Positions 11,095-24,099 are shown, numbered from the stretch's first letter. The stretch is 64,000 nt of DNA from Piedraia hortae CBS 480.64 (GCA_010093745.1 MU005975.1:124001-188000); one strand, 5' to 3'. The notes: generated by a model not told the origin, from the sequence alone. Numbers and translations: made by a program.

Positions 11095-11760
11095 ACATCT
11101 CTGCTGTTCTGGTGTGATGCAGCTGAAGCACTGCATCGGTATTTCCTGAACGAGCAGCTCCTCTTGCCGCTGCGATTCGCAGGTTCCCTTTATTATCGCC
11201 TGGCCCTCGTAGACGAGCCTTGCACGGATGGTGCAGAGGCCAAGCGGCGTTGTAGTTTCTTCATAGAGCATCTGCGTGTCAACGTCAAAACCGCCGAATG
11301 ACAACTGCAGATGCGACATAAGCGTCATGTCGCGCTCTGTAACAGTCGTTGTGCAGCCAGAGGTGGTAGATCTGGCATAGCATCATTCGTGTCTGAGAGA
11401 TGGCATCGTTATGCTGGAAGAGGTAGCTGCTGAGTGGCCTAACGCGCTGCTTAACGTCTCTTGCTCTCGTCTGCGATCCCACGATTGAGTCTGTATTGGC
11501 CGGGAGTGGCCGCGCCTTCTTATCCAGAAGCTTGATTATGGCCGCTGGTTGATATTAAATATACTCCAGCCAGCAGATGACAAGGCAGTTGATCACAACC
11601 TGCAGCGTTTTAACCCGAATCCCGTTCGGTAAGCGCTCAGCGTGAAGCCAGGCACTCCAATATCGGTGCACGGCGAACCTTAACTGTCAAAGAGCTCGAC
11701 ATAGTCGGCCGTTTGCGGATTTGCCTGCAGCATCATGCGTAGGAGTTTGTAGTCCGTGCC
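11095..11760 (-). pseudogene. Fragment of an eIF3 subunit c (NIP1-like) gene with stops and frameshifts
   Basis: LSSYLFQHNDAISQTRMMLCQIYHLWLHNDCYRAR continues after a frameshift as LMSHLQ..FDVDTQMLY....LGLCTIRARLVYEGQ...CESQRQEELL...ITPEQQR, matching the eIF3c region before the PCI domain. Confidence 0.8.
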
Positions 11761-12499
11761 GACTTCAGCTGGCTTGCCAGGATGCGAACCTCATGATTCT
11801 CTCGTTTTCTTGCGTCCGCGCGACTTTGCAATAGAGCGTGGGTGTTTCAGCGTGCTCCAAAGCGTGTAAATGGATGCCTTGTCGCCGGGACCAGCCCCTC
11901 TCTGGCCCTTTGTGTTACAGTCGGTCATGATGTACACCCTCTCGCTCTTCTTCGTGGTACTTCCCATAGTCGGCATCCGCTCCTGGACCGTCAGAAGTTT
12001 GCCGCTTGCGAAAGCGTTGTTGAGACAGAATCCGTCTCCGAACAAAGGAGATGGAGATGTGGAAGGATTTGAGGACAAAGCACTCATGTATTTAGTTGGG
12101 AGAGTTTCCTCCCAGTATATCATCGATAATCAATCTAGAGATCTTCACTTTGTTCTCTACGGAGGTATTATATCTTCATCTCCCTATGACATGGACACAT
12201 TTTCCTGCACATATCACATCGTTGTCATCCTAAAATCTGACTTTCCCATCAGCAAACTCTCACACCTCTTACTCAATCGTCTGCCACAGCGCGTATGTCC
12301 CCATCTGCACCGGCTGGTCCTTTTACTGATCTGATCCAGCACATTTTGTATCACCAGCACCTCATTGGTTGCGTCTCAAAGCTAGCTACAGCCTTGAGAC
12401 TTGGGATCGCTAACGTACCACTGGCCAGTGGCCCTGGCTGAATACTTTCCAAATCCAGGCTAACCAGATCCATGCATCCTCTTGTCACTTACCGGGGAG

Positions 12500-12660
12500 T
12501 TTAATCTATCGGGATTGTTCTAATAAGCAGCGGCACCTCACAGGTTTGTCCGTATATACGCGTATCTAGAGCTACACAAGAAAATTTAGGAGTACTCGAA
12601 CCCTGGCTATGGACGTGGGTCATTACGTGCGGATCGCTCCGCGGCGACCTGCACAAAAGG
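12500..12660 (-). repeat. Segment of a degenerate unknown gene, duplicated in inverted orientation at 17705-17850
   Basis: Encodes LLCRS...VMTH...VALDTRIYGQTCEVPLLIRT; the other copy encodes VALDTHIYGHTCEVPLLIRT. Confidence 0.8.
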
Positions 12661-14147
12661 GATGTCAAATGGAGACCATTGGTGCAGTGGCTCGGCAATG
12701 AGCAGGGAATCAAGGGGTGCAAAGAGCGATGAAGAGGAGAAGAGTGGCCTATTCCGATCGATTTCGCTCGATACACTATCACTTTCATTCTCTTTGTCTC
12801 CTTCCTCATCCTCATCCTCATCCTCGTCCGATGTCTCATTGGAGTCAGATGTCGCAACAAAGGATGCATCAGAATCATGCACAGGATCAGTGTCTTCGCT
12901 ATGCAAGTCCATCTATCCGCTTCTCCCTGACTCAGCACTATTGGTGCCATCCATAGATGAGCCCTCATCCAACACCTCAAAGTCTTCTTCCATTATGGCC
13001 TGGAAATCGTTTCCCACACTGGCAGGCTCCGTAAGCCCAAATTCTTCCATATCATCTTGAGCGTTGACACGGCCAATAGCATAAGAAGGCCCTACTGCTG
13101 CTACTTCGTTTTCTTGAAAAGCTGCTGCTTCTGCAAGCAGCTGAAGAGCTCAGGTACCGTTCCCTGACCTCATCGACACGATAGTCTTGCATCCAGGTCA
13201 AGTACGCGTTATATCTGTCGACATCTTCTCTTTGTGTCACATTCACAGGCCTCAGATGGTCTCGACTTGAGATGTTTCCCCAGCCTCGTTGTTGTATGTG
13301 GGATGCGTAACATTTGTATATCTATGGCATAATGGGCAACTGGATGGGAGTCTCTGGCGCGGCATGGCGATCGTTACTTCTGGCAACTGGCTGAGAGGGA
13401 ACCGGTGAATACTTTGTAGTTTGACTTCAAGGCTACTCACAGTTGGATTATGCGTCACTTGACGACCATGAACAACGTCCTTTCATGTATGCAGTATATA
13501 TAACTATACAATTATTCACGTCTTAGTGTACTCACACTATCAGTTCGTCCCCTTTAACTGGTTATGAGTCCGGATCAGCGCACGCAGCGTGATTGTGAGG
13601 CACACTCACTCACACTATCACACCGCTGCTCCTCTGAAGAGGCCTTAAGCAACGACGAGAATATTTACCATCAGTTGGGTAAAGACGCCTCCAAACAACG
13701 AGGGCTACGTAACGCGTAATCAACACTCACTTGATCCAACAACGCGTTTCATCATTCAGCAAAGAAATGGAAAACTACCATACAAAAGCTCAGCGAGCCA
13801 GTGCCAGAGCCGGAGCGAAAGCTCAGCGAACCAGACCCAGAGCCAGAGTTGGAGCAACTTTCAGTGAGCCGGTGCCGGAGCCGGAGCAGTTGGGGAAATC
13901 GATAACAAATTCAATCGCCGAGAGAGCTGGAGACAAGCACTCCAAGACGACAAACCGATGATTCTACTGGACATCTAGTCATTCACTACTCCACAAAAGT
14001 CTACGTAAAATGTTCGTGCCAAAATTAGCAACCATATTGTGTGCAGATTAACTCGCCGACTGATGATTCATGGTAAAGTAAGCAAGCACTTATGGCCCTA
14101 TGCAGTGCAAACTGCAACCATGCTTCTGAACATCACACCATCTTAGA

Positions 14148-14506
14148 TGTAGCGATTGGGCTCCCGTGGTTGAGAGTGCGCAGCGGCCAGCAGAGGACGA
14201 AGCGATAGACGGAATCAGGGACAGGACAGATGCAGATGTATCTGAATCAATACCAGTGTCGATATGACAGTGTGAATGACTATATATCTCTATGAGGGGA
14301 CGTCAGAATAAATATTCCGTGCCGGTGGGCCGGTGACGTCACGTCGTACACTAGCAGGGCGCATTCGCCATGTCACATACGACATAACCCTGAGGGAAAA
14401 CCTCTGTGAGGGAAAGAGTAGGGTGCAGCTGGTAATGTAGGAGGTATCGCTGACTTGCTATGCAAGTGCCCCGCATACGCGCTAGCGGCGATGTTTAAAT
14501 TCAACA
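14148..14506 (-). mobile_element. Solo LTR, family A (about 360 bp)
   Basis: TGTAGCGAT...TCAACA; reverse complement of the TSD-bearing copy at 24886-25246. Confidence 0.92.
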
Positions 14507-16704
14507 GGACTCCAGCTGCACACCGGAACTTGGTGAACTTGACGTGATTGAGTGCTTTGGTTAACCCGTCGGCGACTTGCTTGTCGGTTGAGATCCATTC
14601 CACCAAAACATCTCTACGAGCGGACCTTCGCGTACGAAGTGCCACCGTACATCGACATGTCTAGTTCTGCCGTCAGACGTAGCATCTTCGTCCTGGCAGA
14701 CCAAGTTTATGGCTGGCTTACTGTCCTCAAACAGTGTAACCGGCTTGACGTCTCCACTGTACTTTAGTTCTTCCAGCAAGCGCACTACTGCGATGGCGTC
14801 CTTGGCCGCTATACTGACGGCACAGTATTCGGATGTAGAGGACAGAGTGACCAGTGGCAGCCGCCAGGGTTTCCAGGCGATGGGTTCCCCAGCGAGCATG
14901 AAGATGTATGCACTTGAGGAGCGACGTGTGTCTTCGTCTGCATGTGAAGCATCTGCGTAGCCCTTCAGGCCGAGTTCGCCTGTTCCACTTCCTCGGAATA
15001 CAATGCCGTATATTTGCAGTGCCCTTGAGATATTGTACGATACGCTTGGCTGCGCCGAGGTGTGCGTCGTTTGGCTTGTGCACGTATCTCGACAACTTTC
15101 CGACCGCGAACGCAATGTCCGGGCGAGTTTGCGTTGCGAACCACATTAGTTTACCCATTAGTAATTGATAACGATGTTTCAGGTTGGCCGGCGGGGTGTA
15201 ATCCTCGCCTCCTTCTGCTTTTGCAGCCCTCAGCTCTTCCATTGGGCTGAGCGGTATTTCGTACCCGTCATCGTTATCCATGTGGTATGCGTCTACAGTC
15301 TGTGTCACGAAGGCATCTTGAACCATGTTGGCTTGTCGCTTCGTTCGGTCGCGCAAGACCCTGCACGCGAGGTAAAAACTTACGTCTTCAAGGAATTGCA
15401 GACAGAACTGTTGACGAAGTAAGTTGGCAGTGTGCTGGATCTTTTCGACTGTTGACGCGGCAATAAGTATATCGTCTACGTATATCATAAATAGCGTGCC
15501 CGCACCATTGCGTTGCAAACAAGCGTCACTCCATAGCGGTGTAAAATCTATGCTGCGTAAGAAGTTGGTCAACTCTTGTTGACAAAGCATGGGTGACTAT
15601 TTTAGGCCTTACAGGCCTTTCAAGAAGAAACAGACCAATCTTTTGTCAGATACAAACCCATGCGGGTGTTCCGCATATATGACGTGGTCTTTAACTCTTG
15701 AAGGAAGAAATGCCGTCATTATGTCGAACTGGCGACACTCAAGATTGCATTCCGCGACGAGGGCAAGCATCGTACGAATCGACCGAGGCTTGGCCACCGC
15801 AACGTATGTCTTGTCATGATCGATTCCTTCAATTTGTGAGTAGCCTCGTGCTACCTAACGCGCTCTAAAACGCTCCAGATCGCCGTCTTCATTTCGATTT
15901 ATCTTCAAGGCCCAATGCCCATTGATAATATTGGCTCCTTCAGGTCCTGGCACCAGTTTCCACGTTTTGTTTGCTTCCAGGCTTTCGATTCCCGACTGAC
16001 AGGCTTTATGCTACTGCTCCGCCTCTGGAGTGGCCAGGGCCTCTTTCGGAGAAATTTGCCGCCGACACAAGTGCTATGAAGGCCTTGCGTGGTAAGTTGT
16101 TCGCGACCAGTCCCACTTCTTGAAGCGCCCGCTCGGTTTCCTCATGCACGATCTCTTTAGCACTCTTGGTGCGGATCATGCTCGATTGTCTGTTAGCTTG
16201 GATCAGTAGCGCTGGTGCTTGTACTGTGTTGCTTCCGAGTTCTGGGATTGCGGTCCCTGGATCCTCATCAAAAACTGGGCACACTGTATGTTCGTCACCA
16301 TCAATGTCTGTCTCCACGTTTGCTGCGTGTGCTGGTGTCTCCACATCCTGATCAGCCGCAGTGAGTTGATCATTTCGGTCTGAATTAGTTCTGTGAGGGA
16401 CTCTTCAGGCAAATCCTCGGTCTCGCCTCCGAGACCGACTTTCGTCTCGTCGAACGTCACATTCGTGCTGCGAACGACTCGATAATTTGCCGGCATCCAG
16501 ACGATGTATATGTTCGTCCCTTCATACCCGATAAGTTGTCCCAGATCAGAAGTTTCGTCAAACTTGTTGCCACGCTTTACTTTCTGGTCCAGTACGAAGG
16601 CATGGCGCCCATAGGTCCTTAAGTGCCCCATGTATGGTAGTATCGGCCTCCAGTCCATTGCTTCTGCTAGGCATTGATATGGTGACTTACCCTGGAGTGT
16701 CTCA

Positions 16705-17064
16705 TGTTGGATTCCAGCATCGCCGCTAGCGCGTATGCGGGGGACTTGCATAGCAAGTCAGCGATACCTCCTACACTACCAGCTGCACCCTACTTTTTCC
16801 CTCACAGAGGTTTTCCCTCAGGGTCATGTCATATGTGACATGGCGAATGCGCCCTGCTAGTGTATGACGTGACGTCACCGGCTCACCGGTACAGAATTTT
16901 ATTCTGAACGTCCCATCATTAAGATTGATAGTCATTCACACTGCCACATTGACACTGATATTGACTCATATCCATCTGCATTTGTCCTGTCCCTGTTGTC
17001 AATTTCCGTCTATCGCTTCGTTCTTTTCGGGCCGCTGCGCACCCTTATCCACGGGAGCCCTACA
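16705..17064 (+). mobile_element. Solo LTR, family A, inverted relative to 14148-14506; small deletion at its right end
   Basis: TGTTGGATTCCAGCATCGCCGCTAGCGCG...GGGAGCCC. Confidence 0.92.
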
Positions 17065-17704
17065 TACACCTGAGTGCACTTACTATCGTGGGAAGCTTGA
17101 GCAAAGTCTGCTGGTATATGCGCAGGTGATGTCTTGGTGTTGGTGCTGTTAAGAGGAAGAGTATGTTGACAGCCCCACTGTATTACTCGTATGTCCAGTG
17201 TGTTGCAGCTCTCGGTACGCGCTTTACGTATTTTCATGCTCATCTCAATTACAAGATGAAGGTGCCATTATATCTCAATAATTTTGACGGCCATTTGCAT
17301 GCTTTAGCGGTATGTATATCATCATTCCACTGATACAAAAAATAACTCTGTTTCGTCATTAATGTTGGTTCTGGCTGCTTGATTCTTGGGTAGATCTGCC
17401 ATACTCGGTCAAGATGGAGAGACATCTAGCTATTGCATTGCAAGAAGAGTGCGATTGCCGTTGTCGTGGCGAAGTATGTTAATATGGATTCGTTCTCCGA
17501 GTCTGGTCCAGACACCTTATTTCAGGGATCAAAATGATATCAGAAAATTACTTCACCAGAATTCCTGCAGGATTGCCTTAAGACAGTGGCTGGGAATGTT
17601 TCCCATTGGTGGGTAAGCCGCCGGTCGGCTCTCCCCTCTTTTCTCTCTTCTCCGTAGCTTAGTAGAATCATTCATTCCTCACATCAATCGTCGAAGTAAT
17701 TTTG

Positions 17705-17850
17705 CTGTTGTGCAGGTCGCTGCAGAGTGATCTGCAGGTGATGACCCACATCCCTGACCAGGGTTCGGGCACTTGGAAATTTTCTTGGGTAGCTCTAGAT
17801 ACGCATATATACGGACACACCTGCGAGGTGCCGCTGCTTATTAGAACATT
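17705..17850 (+). repeat. Inverted paralogous copy of 12500-12660
   Basis: Direct nucleotide and peptide match by eye. Confidence 0.8.
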
Positions 17851-18457
17851 TGCCATCGTTTCCAGTGTTTCTATTCCAGGAGATTCATGGTGGAAGAGCA
17901 TTAACCTTTTTCCTGACGGCACTGAGAGTCTCTAGCGCTTGCGGGACCCTCGGTTTGTGAAGATGAGTATCATCGAAGGTCCAGAGCTTGTGAACCGGCG
18001 CACAAGTTATAAAATGTGTGTGCCTGGAGGGCTCGGATTCTCCAAGTAGCGCAATCGAAGACATCATTACTGTTATGAAAAGTCTTATTGTTGCATGTTG
18101 TTTTGCTTGAAATTCAATCTTGGTGGCTTGCTGAAACCTGCATGCGGCAATAGCCGTGGCCGCGTGAAACCAGCGCATTATGCCATCGCGGGACGACCAG
18201 AGCTATCGCAAACGACATCCATGGACGATACCACCATTACAACGCCGAAGTATAGTCCAGTGAACTTCCCTGCACCAGGTGTTACATATCATTGCGCGGA
18301 TGGACAAGTTGACCTTAAGCCAAAACAGCTAGCCTTTCTAATGGCGGAGCTAACCGTACCGATACTAGCGCAAGTCAGCACGAGATCCCAAGTCATTGCA
18401 GCGCAATCGTAAATCGACTAAAAACTTTCATTATATACAACTTTGCAAATGTAGACA

Positions 18458-19551
18458 TCAGCGCAGAACCGTTTTAGCAAAATGATCTTCGGCGTTGTCG
18501 AGATCAACGTCCTGGCCCACAATAAACGTTTTCCCCACCCATCCTTTTAGCTTTTGGTCAGCCCCTTTCCAAGACGATCCGAGGTAGACGCATTGGGGAG
18601 TCAAGTGCCTGAGCAAATGGACGTAGCCTTCGGGTGTAGTAAAAGGAATGATTGATTCATCGCGGACTAGCGACTTTGCTTGGTTGTACACTGAGTGCAC
18701 GACGCTGCCCTTTCGAAGGTCGAATTCTTCAGCATCTGGCCGAGGAGACATGGGGCGAAGGGGAGTCTCCTTTTGACGCTCGGCAAGTGCCGGACTGTAA
18801 ATTAAGACCAACAGCTCAACGGCGCGAGAGCGATCGTATACGGAAGCGATGTGCTTCAAAAGAGACTGTACAAAAGAAAGAGAAACCTTCAATGATTTGC
18901 CTTTGAAGGCGAAGAAACTTGACTTACGGCATCCTCGTCCGTTTCCCCCACGACGACGGCGGCTTTGGCGCCCGACCGACCTTCGGCTTCCTTGCTCCAA
19001 TGCTCCTGATCGCTAAATCCGTCCCTCCGATCAACTTCATCGTGGCGCCCGCCTCTTGCCTTTCTGGAGCCCCTCTCATCGCGCCCGTCACGCTCGTCCC
19101 TTTTATTGCCCGTCATGCCGCCCAACGCATTGCCAGCCCTAGCAATCCCTGCGCTGACCCTGCGCGACATCTGGCCAAGGTCCTTCTGGGATGAAATAGC
19201 TGACTTTGAGCCTTCAGGAGCTGAGCGCGAGGGATTGTAATACTCTGCCGCCTCGCCTCCCGCAGGTGGTGGCGGCGCGCCCTGCGGACCTGCGCTTTGG
19301 CTCGGCAGCGGTCCCTGATACGGTGGAAGATCAGAGTGTTCACTATAGGGCTGTGCACCAGAAGTTGTGGGACGCGATGGCTTGTCGGACGACGCGTCGT
19401 CCAAGTAGTCGTCGTCGTCTTCGTTCCGTTCCGCCCAAACCCACGCCGCCAATCCACCGATTGCCAGCGAGCTTGCGACGATCAGCGGTACCCAGAAGCC
19501 AAATACGGAACGCTGCGCAGCACCATGACGGCCCTGCCGGGTGTTTGCCAT
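18458..19551 (-). CDS. Fungal peroxin Pex22-like protein; exons 19551-18928 and 18865-18458
   Basis: N-terminal TM segment FGFWVPL...GLAAWVWAER plus acidic run; C-terminal IPFTTPEGYVHLLRHL. Intron GTAAGT...TACAG joins the two ORFs in frame. Confidence 0.75.
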
Positions 19552-21498
19552 TGTTGATGTCGACCGTCCATCGCGCCGAGGTCGATCCGATGCGGCGTGG
19601 CTGGGATGAAGGCTAACCGCATTTGGATCCGGCCTTGACCACACCTCACTTGATAGACACATCCATAGATATCTACGTGCACCTTAGTCAGTTTCGAGTG
19701 AGCTGACTCCCACAAATCAGTCTTTCCACTCTCCCCACTGGAGGCTTAGTCTCCGACATGGTCCTTGATTCTTTTGCGCGAAAGATGTGATATTCTTTGT
19801 GTAAAGATCATTTGTCGGCATCGTGAGCTTTGTTTCCCGCCAGTGAAGTAATTCTCCGTTGCTGATGAGCGGGGGAGGGGGGAAGAGCAGGTGTCACTCA
19901 GGCTGCGTGATTTTTGAACAATATCAGGACAAGCTACGTCTTCCGCCCATGCATTGGGGAGGCTTAGGAACCATGAAAGTGGTGATATATTCTAGAAACC
20001 GATGAAAACTGAATTCAATATAGCAATTACAACCGGTACAACCTCGACCATAGAAATTAGAATCAGACAGGAGATTATACATTTAAAAAGTGTCTCAGGT
20101 GGTCAATGGAAAATTCGGCGACATGGTTACATTGAAAAACTGCTGATCCAAATACAACTACCACGAAAACATGAGGAAGTCATCATCCAACCATATTGAG
20201 GGCCTTTCTTGATGGGAGACCATTCTCATGCTCGGTTAGGTATGCGGCGGCGCACTGAATCATTTGCATCGCCAGGCGCTCCTGCTCAGCTGCTGTAGGC
20301 CCCAGCTGGGAAAAGAGAATCGAATGGGCGGGTCAGACTGAGGAATGGCTGCCACATAGGCACACTTGCAGTGTCTGATGAAGCTCCGCTAGATACGCCT
20401 GCGCAGCCTTTTGCCTGACTCATGCACTTGGCTTGGGCGGACGAAGTGCTTGTCGAACAGGGGATGGATAGTGCGTCCGCTCCTCCCAAGACCTTGATCA
20501 TGCACTCAACCAGCTTGTGGGAACATTAACGGCTGAAGTGCTGAACGGCCAGCTCGTGCTGTGGCAGTTTAGCGGGAGACCCGACGGCGACGTTTTATGC
20601 CATCATATTGTGCCGCAGATGCGCACGGCCAGCAAAGCAAACTAGCCCTTATTTTACAAACCCCATTTGTGGCGCGTCTTACGCCGTCTGATCATTGCCA
20701 CCATGGTGTCGGCCGCGTCGGAAACAAAACTCTCAGGCAACCCCGGAAATAAGGTCGTCCGTGAGCCTGGCCAAGTTCTTATGACACGTAATTGTCATCG
20801 TTGATGGGTGTGCCGGAGTGCAAGTCGCGGATAATTGGAATCGATAAGGCCGAAAGAGAAACAAACGTGGCGACATGAGCAAAATCATATGGTGAAAGGT
20901 CTGATGGGCTTTCATCTTCTATTAATTCAGCTGCTACCGCACTGGCAGACTCTTGTAGCAGGTAAAAGTATCGGAGGCAGAACCACAAAGTATTCATATG
21001 AGGTCCGCCGACGAGGCCTTCCTAATGCTAATCTCAGCTGGGTCATGCCTGACAAAATTCGAAGAAGTTTTCCAGCGACGTGTGCATCCCAATTGCTGGA
21101 GGAGTGAGTAATTCTCCCGGCATGTTTCGGTCATCGAATGATGGATGCGAGCAATGCGAGCTACGGGGGCTCGTTGAATCTAATTCCTTGTTTGTGTTTC
21201 ACCACCAAGCCTAGCTGCTGCACATCTCTTTTTGTCAGATACCTTCTTCATCCTGCCCATCTCTAGTTATTATTTCATCACCAATCCCTTAGCTCACGAC
21301 TGCGAACATTTTCGGCGTCCTCATCAGCTGCTTTCCAAAAATCCCGTTATTGCCGTAAAAAGATGAAGAGTGACGGCTGATGAAAGAGAAGAAACAACCA
21401 CAAGCAACAAAGCGCACGGCAGGCGGAGCATAGACACATCCACCATATTAGTCATCCAAGCTCCAACGGCTCGCCCAGAAAATCTTCTGCAACGCCAG

Positions 21499-21542
21499 CA
21501 AGTGCCTCGCATACGCGCCAGCGGCGATGCTTGACTCCAACA
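21499..21542 (-). mobile_element. Terminal fragment of a family A LTR
   Basis: CAAGTGCCTCGCATACGCGCCAGCGGCGATGCTTGACTCCAACA. Confidence 0.8.
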
Positions 21543-22321
21543 ATCGCTGCTTGACGTCTCATCGTCCGACCCGTCCCTGCTCCAGGCCTCCGATGACTCC
21601 TCGTCCATTTTGTCCTCCTCCTCAGAGCATCTGACGCTGATACCGTCGCTTCCGCAGAAAAAATGGATGTGTGGTCCTTCTGCGGCCAAGAGCGAAATTC
21701 GGTGTGTGATGCGGAATTATTCCGATAACGCTCAAAGCTAAAGGTTGGGGCGAGGCTATGTATAACTCCACGTTGCCCACGTCGCTTGCATTGACGTTGA
21801 GCGCTGCATTTTGAGCTTCCTTAAACTTGGCAAGTCGATCAGCATCTTCCGCTTTCACACTTTCTACGCCGTTTCATCTGGTTCTTTGAAGGATGAAAAT
21901 TAAGATGATTCATTTCCATGCATTTGCCTTGCTGCCGCTCGTACCAAATCTTCGATTTTGATCTTCTCCTGCCGGAGAAATCGTAGGTTCACGTCACAGA
22001 ATTGGCTGCAGGCGATCTATCATGATGCGACTGGATCTGTTTCGAGTTGAGAATTTCGTGATCAGGATGTGCTCGGGGGTCGGTGTAATGTCATGACCTT
22101 AAGATTGACTTGGGTTTGGTATCAGTCGGAACAAGTAGAAGTTCGTAACGGACTTGTGCCAAGTGTAGCGTCTTGCATAATAATGACTGGTGATCAAGGC
22201 TAGGGCTAGTTCTGCTTTTAGCAACATGAACATTACACCATAGGAAGCAGGCGAGAAGAGTAGACACGCGTACAAATTTCTACCTTCATAGAACCATCCT
22301 GTCAGACAACTACTTTGCTAT

Positions 22322-23758
22322 CTACCATTGCGGTTCGTGACGCGGTTTCTGCCGATACACCCCCGTCATGCACTCATCGAAGAAAGTCGCGATCCTCTCC
22401 GAGGCATTGGACTCGTCCCTCAAAGTGAGAGCGTTGAGTCGCGGCGCGATGCGACGGAGACGCTCCGTCAGCCGGACTGTATATGCCGAGCGAAAGAGGT
22501 TGCTCCGCTGGCACTCCCGGATGTATTCTCCATAATAGTGTGAGCGAAAACTCCCCAAGGCATTAACCTTCAGGTTGGTCATTTGAGAGAAAGTTTCAAC
22601 ATCGTCACAAGCCATAAGCTCGAAAACCCCCGTTATATCGCAGCACTTCAGTCTAGGGCAGCATACGCCCAAGCTATCCAGCACCTCTGTGGTGTCGTCG
22701 TGGACAGCATGGAACGAAAATGTCTCCATTTCACGAAAATTCTCAAAGAGGGCGGTAAAGTCCGCGACTCTGAGCAGGCTGCCGTGCAGCATGTCCGTAT
22801 CGGCATTCCACGCACCAATCCTTAGGGTGCGGAGGTGTTTGAGACTAGCCAGGAGGCTAATCTTGTATCGCGTTAGGATAGTGCCTCCTTTTAGGCTAAT
22901 TTTCAAATAACGTAGATTGGTCATTGTGCTAATAGCCTGGAATGCTGTGCACCCTTCGTCGTCTAGCTGAAGCTTGAGTCCGCGGAGATTGGGGGCGACT
23001 TTCGGGAGCAGCTTCACGGCTGCTGGATCAGTCGTGATCGAGAGCTTCATCAGGGTGGGGAATGGGTTCAGCTTCTTGGACAAATCTTCCATGATCCCGT
23101 AGTCGATATCGGCGTGAAATTTGAGACGATTTAGGTCATTGCGCCGTGCCAAATGTGCTAGAATTTCCCCGTTGGCGATATGGTTCGCTTCTACGCCCTC
23201 GCTGAACTCAAATGATTTCAAATACTTCTGCTTCCGAAGCAAACTGGCCAGAATTTCGGAGGAAACGTCCTTTGGGACTTTCATGAGGCTCAGTTCGTTG
23301 AGGTAGCGGCACCTATCGTTCATGATTGTCAGGCTCTTGCAGTCCGGCCCGGTCAGCGACACCTTTTGCAGCTGACACGGGAGGAAGTTGTCGGGCTGCA
23401 GCACGAATGTCTTGGAAAGCGAAGCGTAATCGGTGATGGTAATGGAGTTGAGGTTGGGGAAGAGCAACAACTCAATGCTTGTTTCCCATTCATGGAGTTT
23501 GCCTTCTTCGGCGCTAATTTCAGATGCGTCAATGACAAGTTCTTTAACACGTCTAGCGTAAAGTCCTTTTTTGAGATCGGGGATCTTCTTGAACGCACTG
23601 AAGGGCGCTTTCTTCCAGATGATGTCCGTGATCAGATCAAACCACGCTTTGGAGACCATAGCTGCTTTGACTAGAGAAGAAAGGTCATCATGGAGATTTA
23701 TCAGAGTCTTGAGCTGGAGCTCACTAGGGAATTTGGCGCGCGAGCTTGGAAATGCCAT
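22322..23758 (-). CDS. F-box-like/LRR (RNI-like) protein, intact member of an expanded family
   Basis: FPSELQLKTL...LVKAAMVSKAWFDLITDIIW N-terminus, then repeated FPxLxxLxI / LRxLxL units; 478-aa open frame from ATG 23758. Confidence 0.75.
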   Translation of the reverse strand: MAFPSSRAKFPSELQLKTLINLHDDLSSLVKAAMVSKAWFDLITDIIWKKAPFSAFKKIPDLKKGLYARRVKELVIDASEISAEEGKLHEWETSIELLLFPNLNSITITDYASLSKTFVLQPDNFLPCQLQKVSLTGPDCKSLTIMNDRCRYLNELSLMKVPKDVSSEILASLLRKQKYLKSFEFSEGVEANHIANGEILAHLARRNDLNRLKFHADIDYGIMEDLSKKLNPFPTLMKLSITTDPAAVKLLPKVAPNLRGLKLQLDDEGCTAFQAISTMTNLRYLKISLKGGTILTRYKISLLASLKHLRTLRIGAWNADTDMLHGSLLRVADFTALFENFREMETFSFHAVHDDTTEVLDSLGVCCPRLKCCDITGVFELMACDDVETFSQMTNLKVNALGSFRSHYYGEYIRECQRSNLFRSAYTVRLTERLRRIAPRLNALTLRDESNASERIATFFDECMTGVYRQKPRHEPQW

Positions 23759-24099
23759 GTCTTGGGATCTGAGTGGTGATGTAGGAGGAAGAAAAGCAGA
23801 CTGCTTGCACAGGCTTAAGATAAGGAAGTGGTATGGAGCGTGAATGAGCAGTATGAGTGGAGAGCTTAGCGGTCCCTGAATAGGTGGAATCTGATCGTCC
23901 CAGGGCAGTTCTTCTGCAGAGTCAAGTTCGATCAGGCGTCTTTCCCAACAAGTTGCCCCCAATAACAGTGGCTAACCCCGGCCAAACGAGGTGGCCATAG
24001 TTTACCCAGATAGAAAATTGTGAGATGATCTTCATCGGACAAGGCTCATTGGATGGTGGTTGATGTGATGGAATTTGGTGGTGATCTAGCGCAGCATTA

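Larger units (their letters stand above)
13560..17163. mobile_element. Decayed Ty1/copia LTR retrotransposon, originally on +, with segment 14507-16704 (integrase end, RT, RNase H) inverted to -
   Basis: PBS-like GGTTATGAGTCC at 13560. Integrase KHLWPYAVQTATMLLNITPS on + to 14147. On -: GKSPY, QFDIMTAFL, YVDDILI, TRPDIAFAVGKLSR, GYADAS, RHVDVRWHF, ADGLTKAL. PPT AAGAGGAAGAGTA at 17151-17163 followed by TGTTG. Confidence 0.92.

Noticed and set aside
14148..17064. A novel TIR-bounded or DIRS-like retroelement, or family A as the copia's own LTR pair
   Set aside because: The repeats are inverted, occur elsewhere as TSD-flanked solo LTRs, and interrupt copia coding sequence that continues outside them.
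19740..20700. Possible second, very old copia RT/RNase H relic (HGYIEKLL)
   Set aside because: Too degenerate to support without a search.
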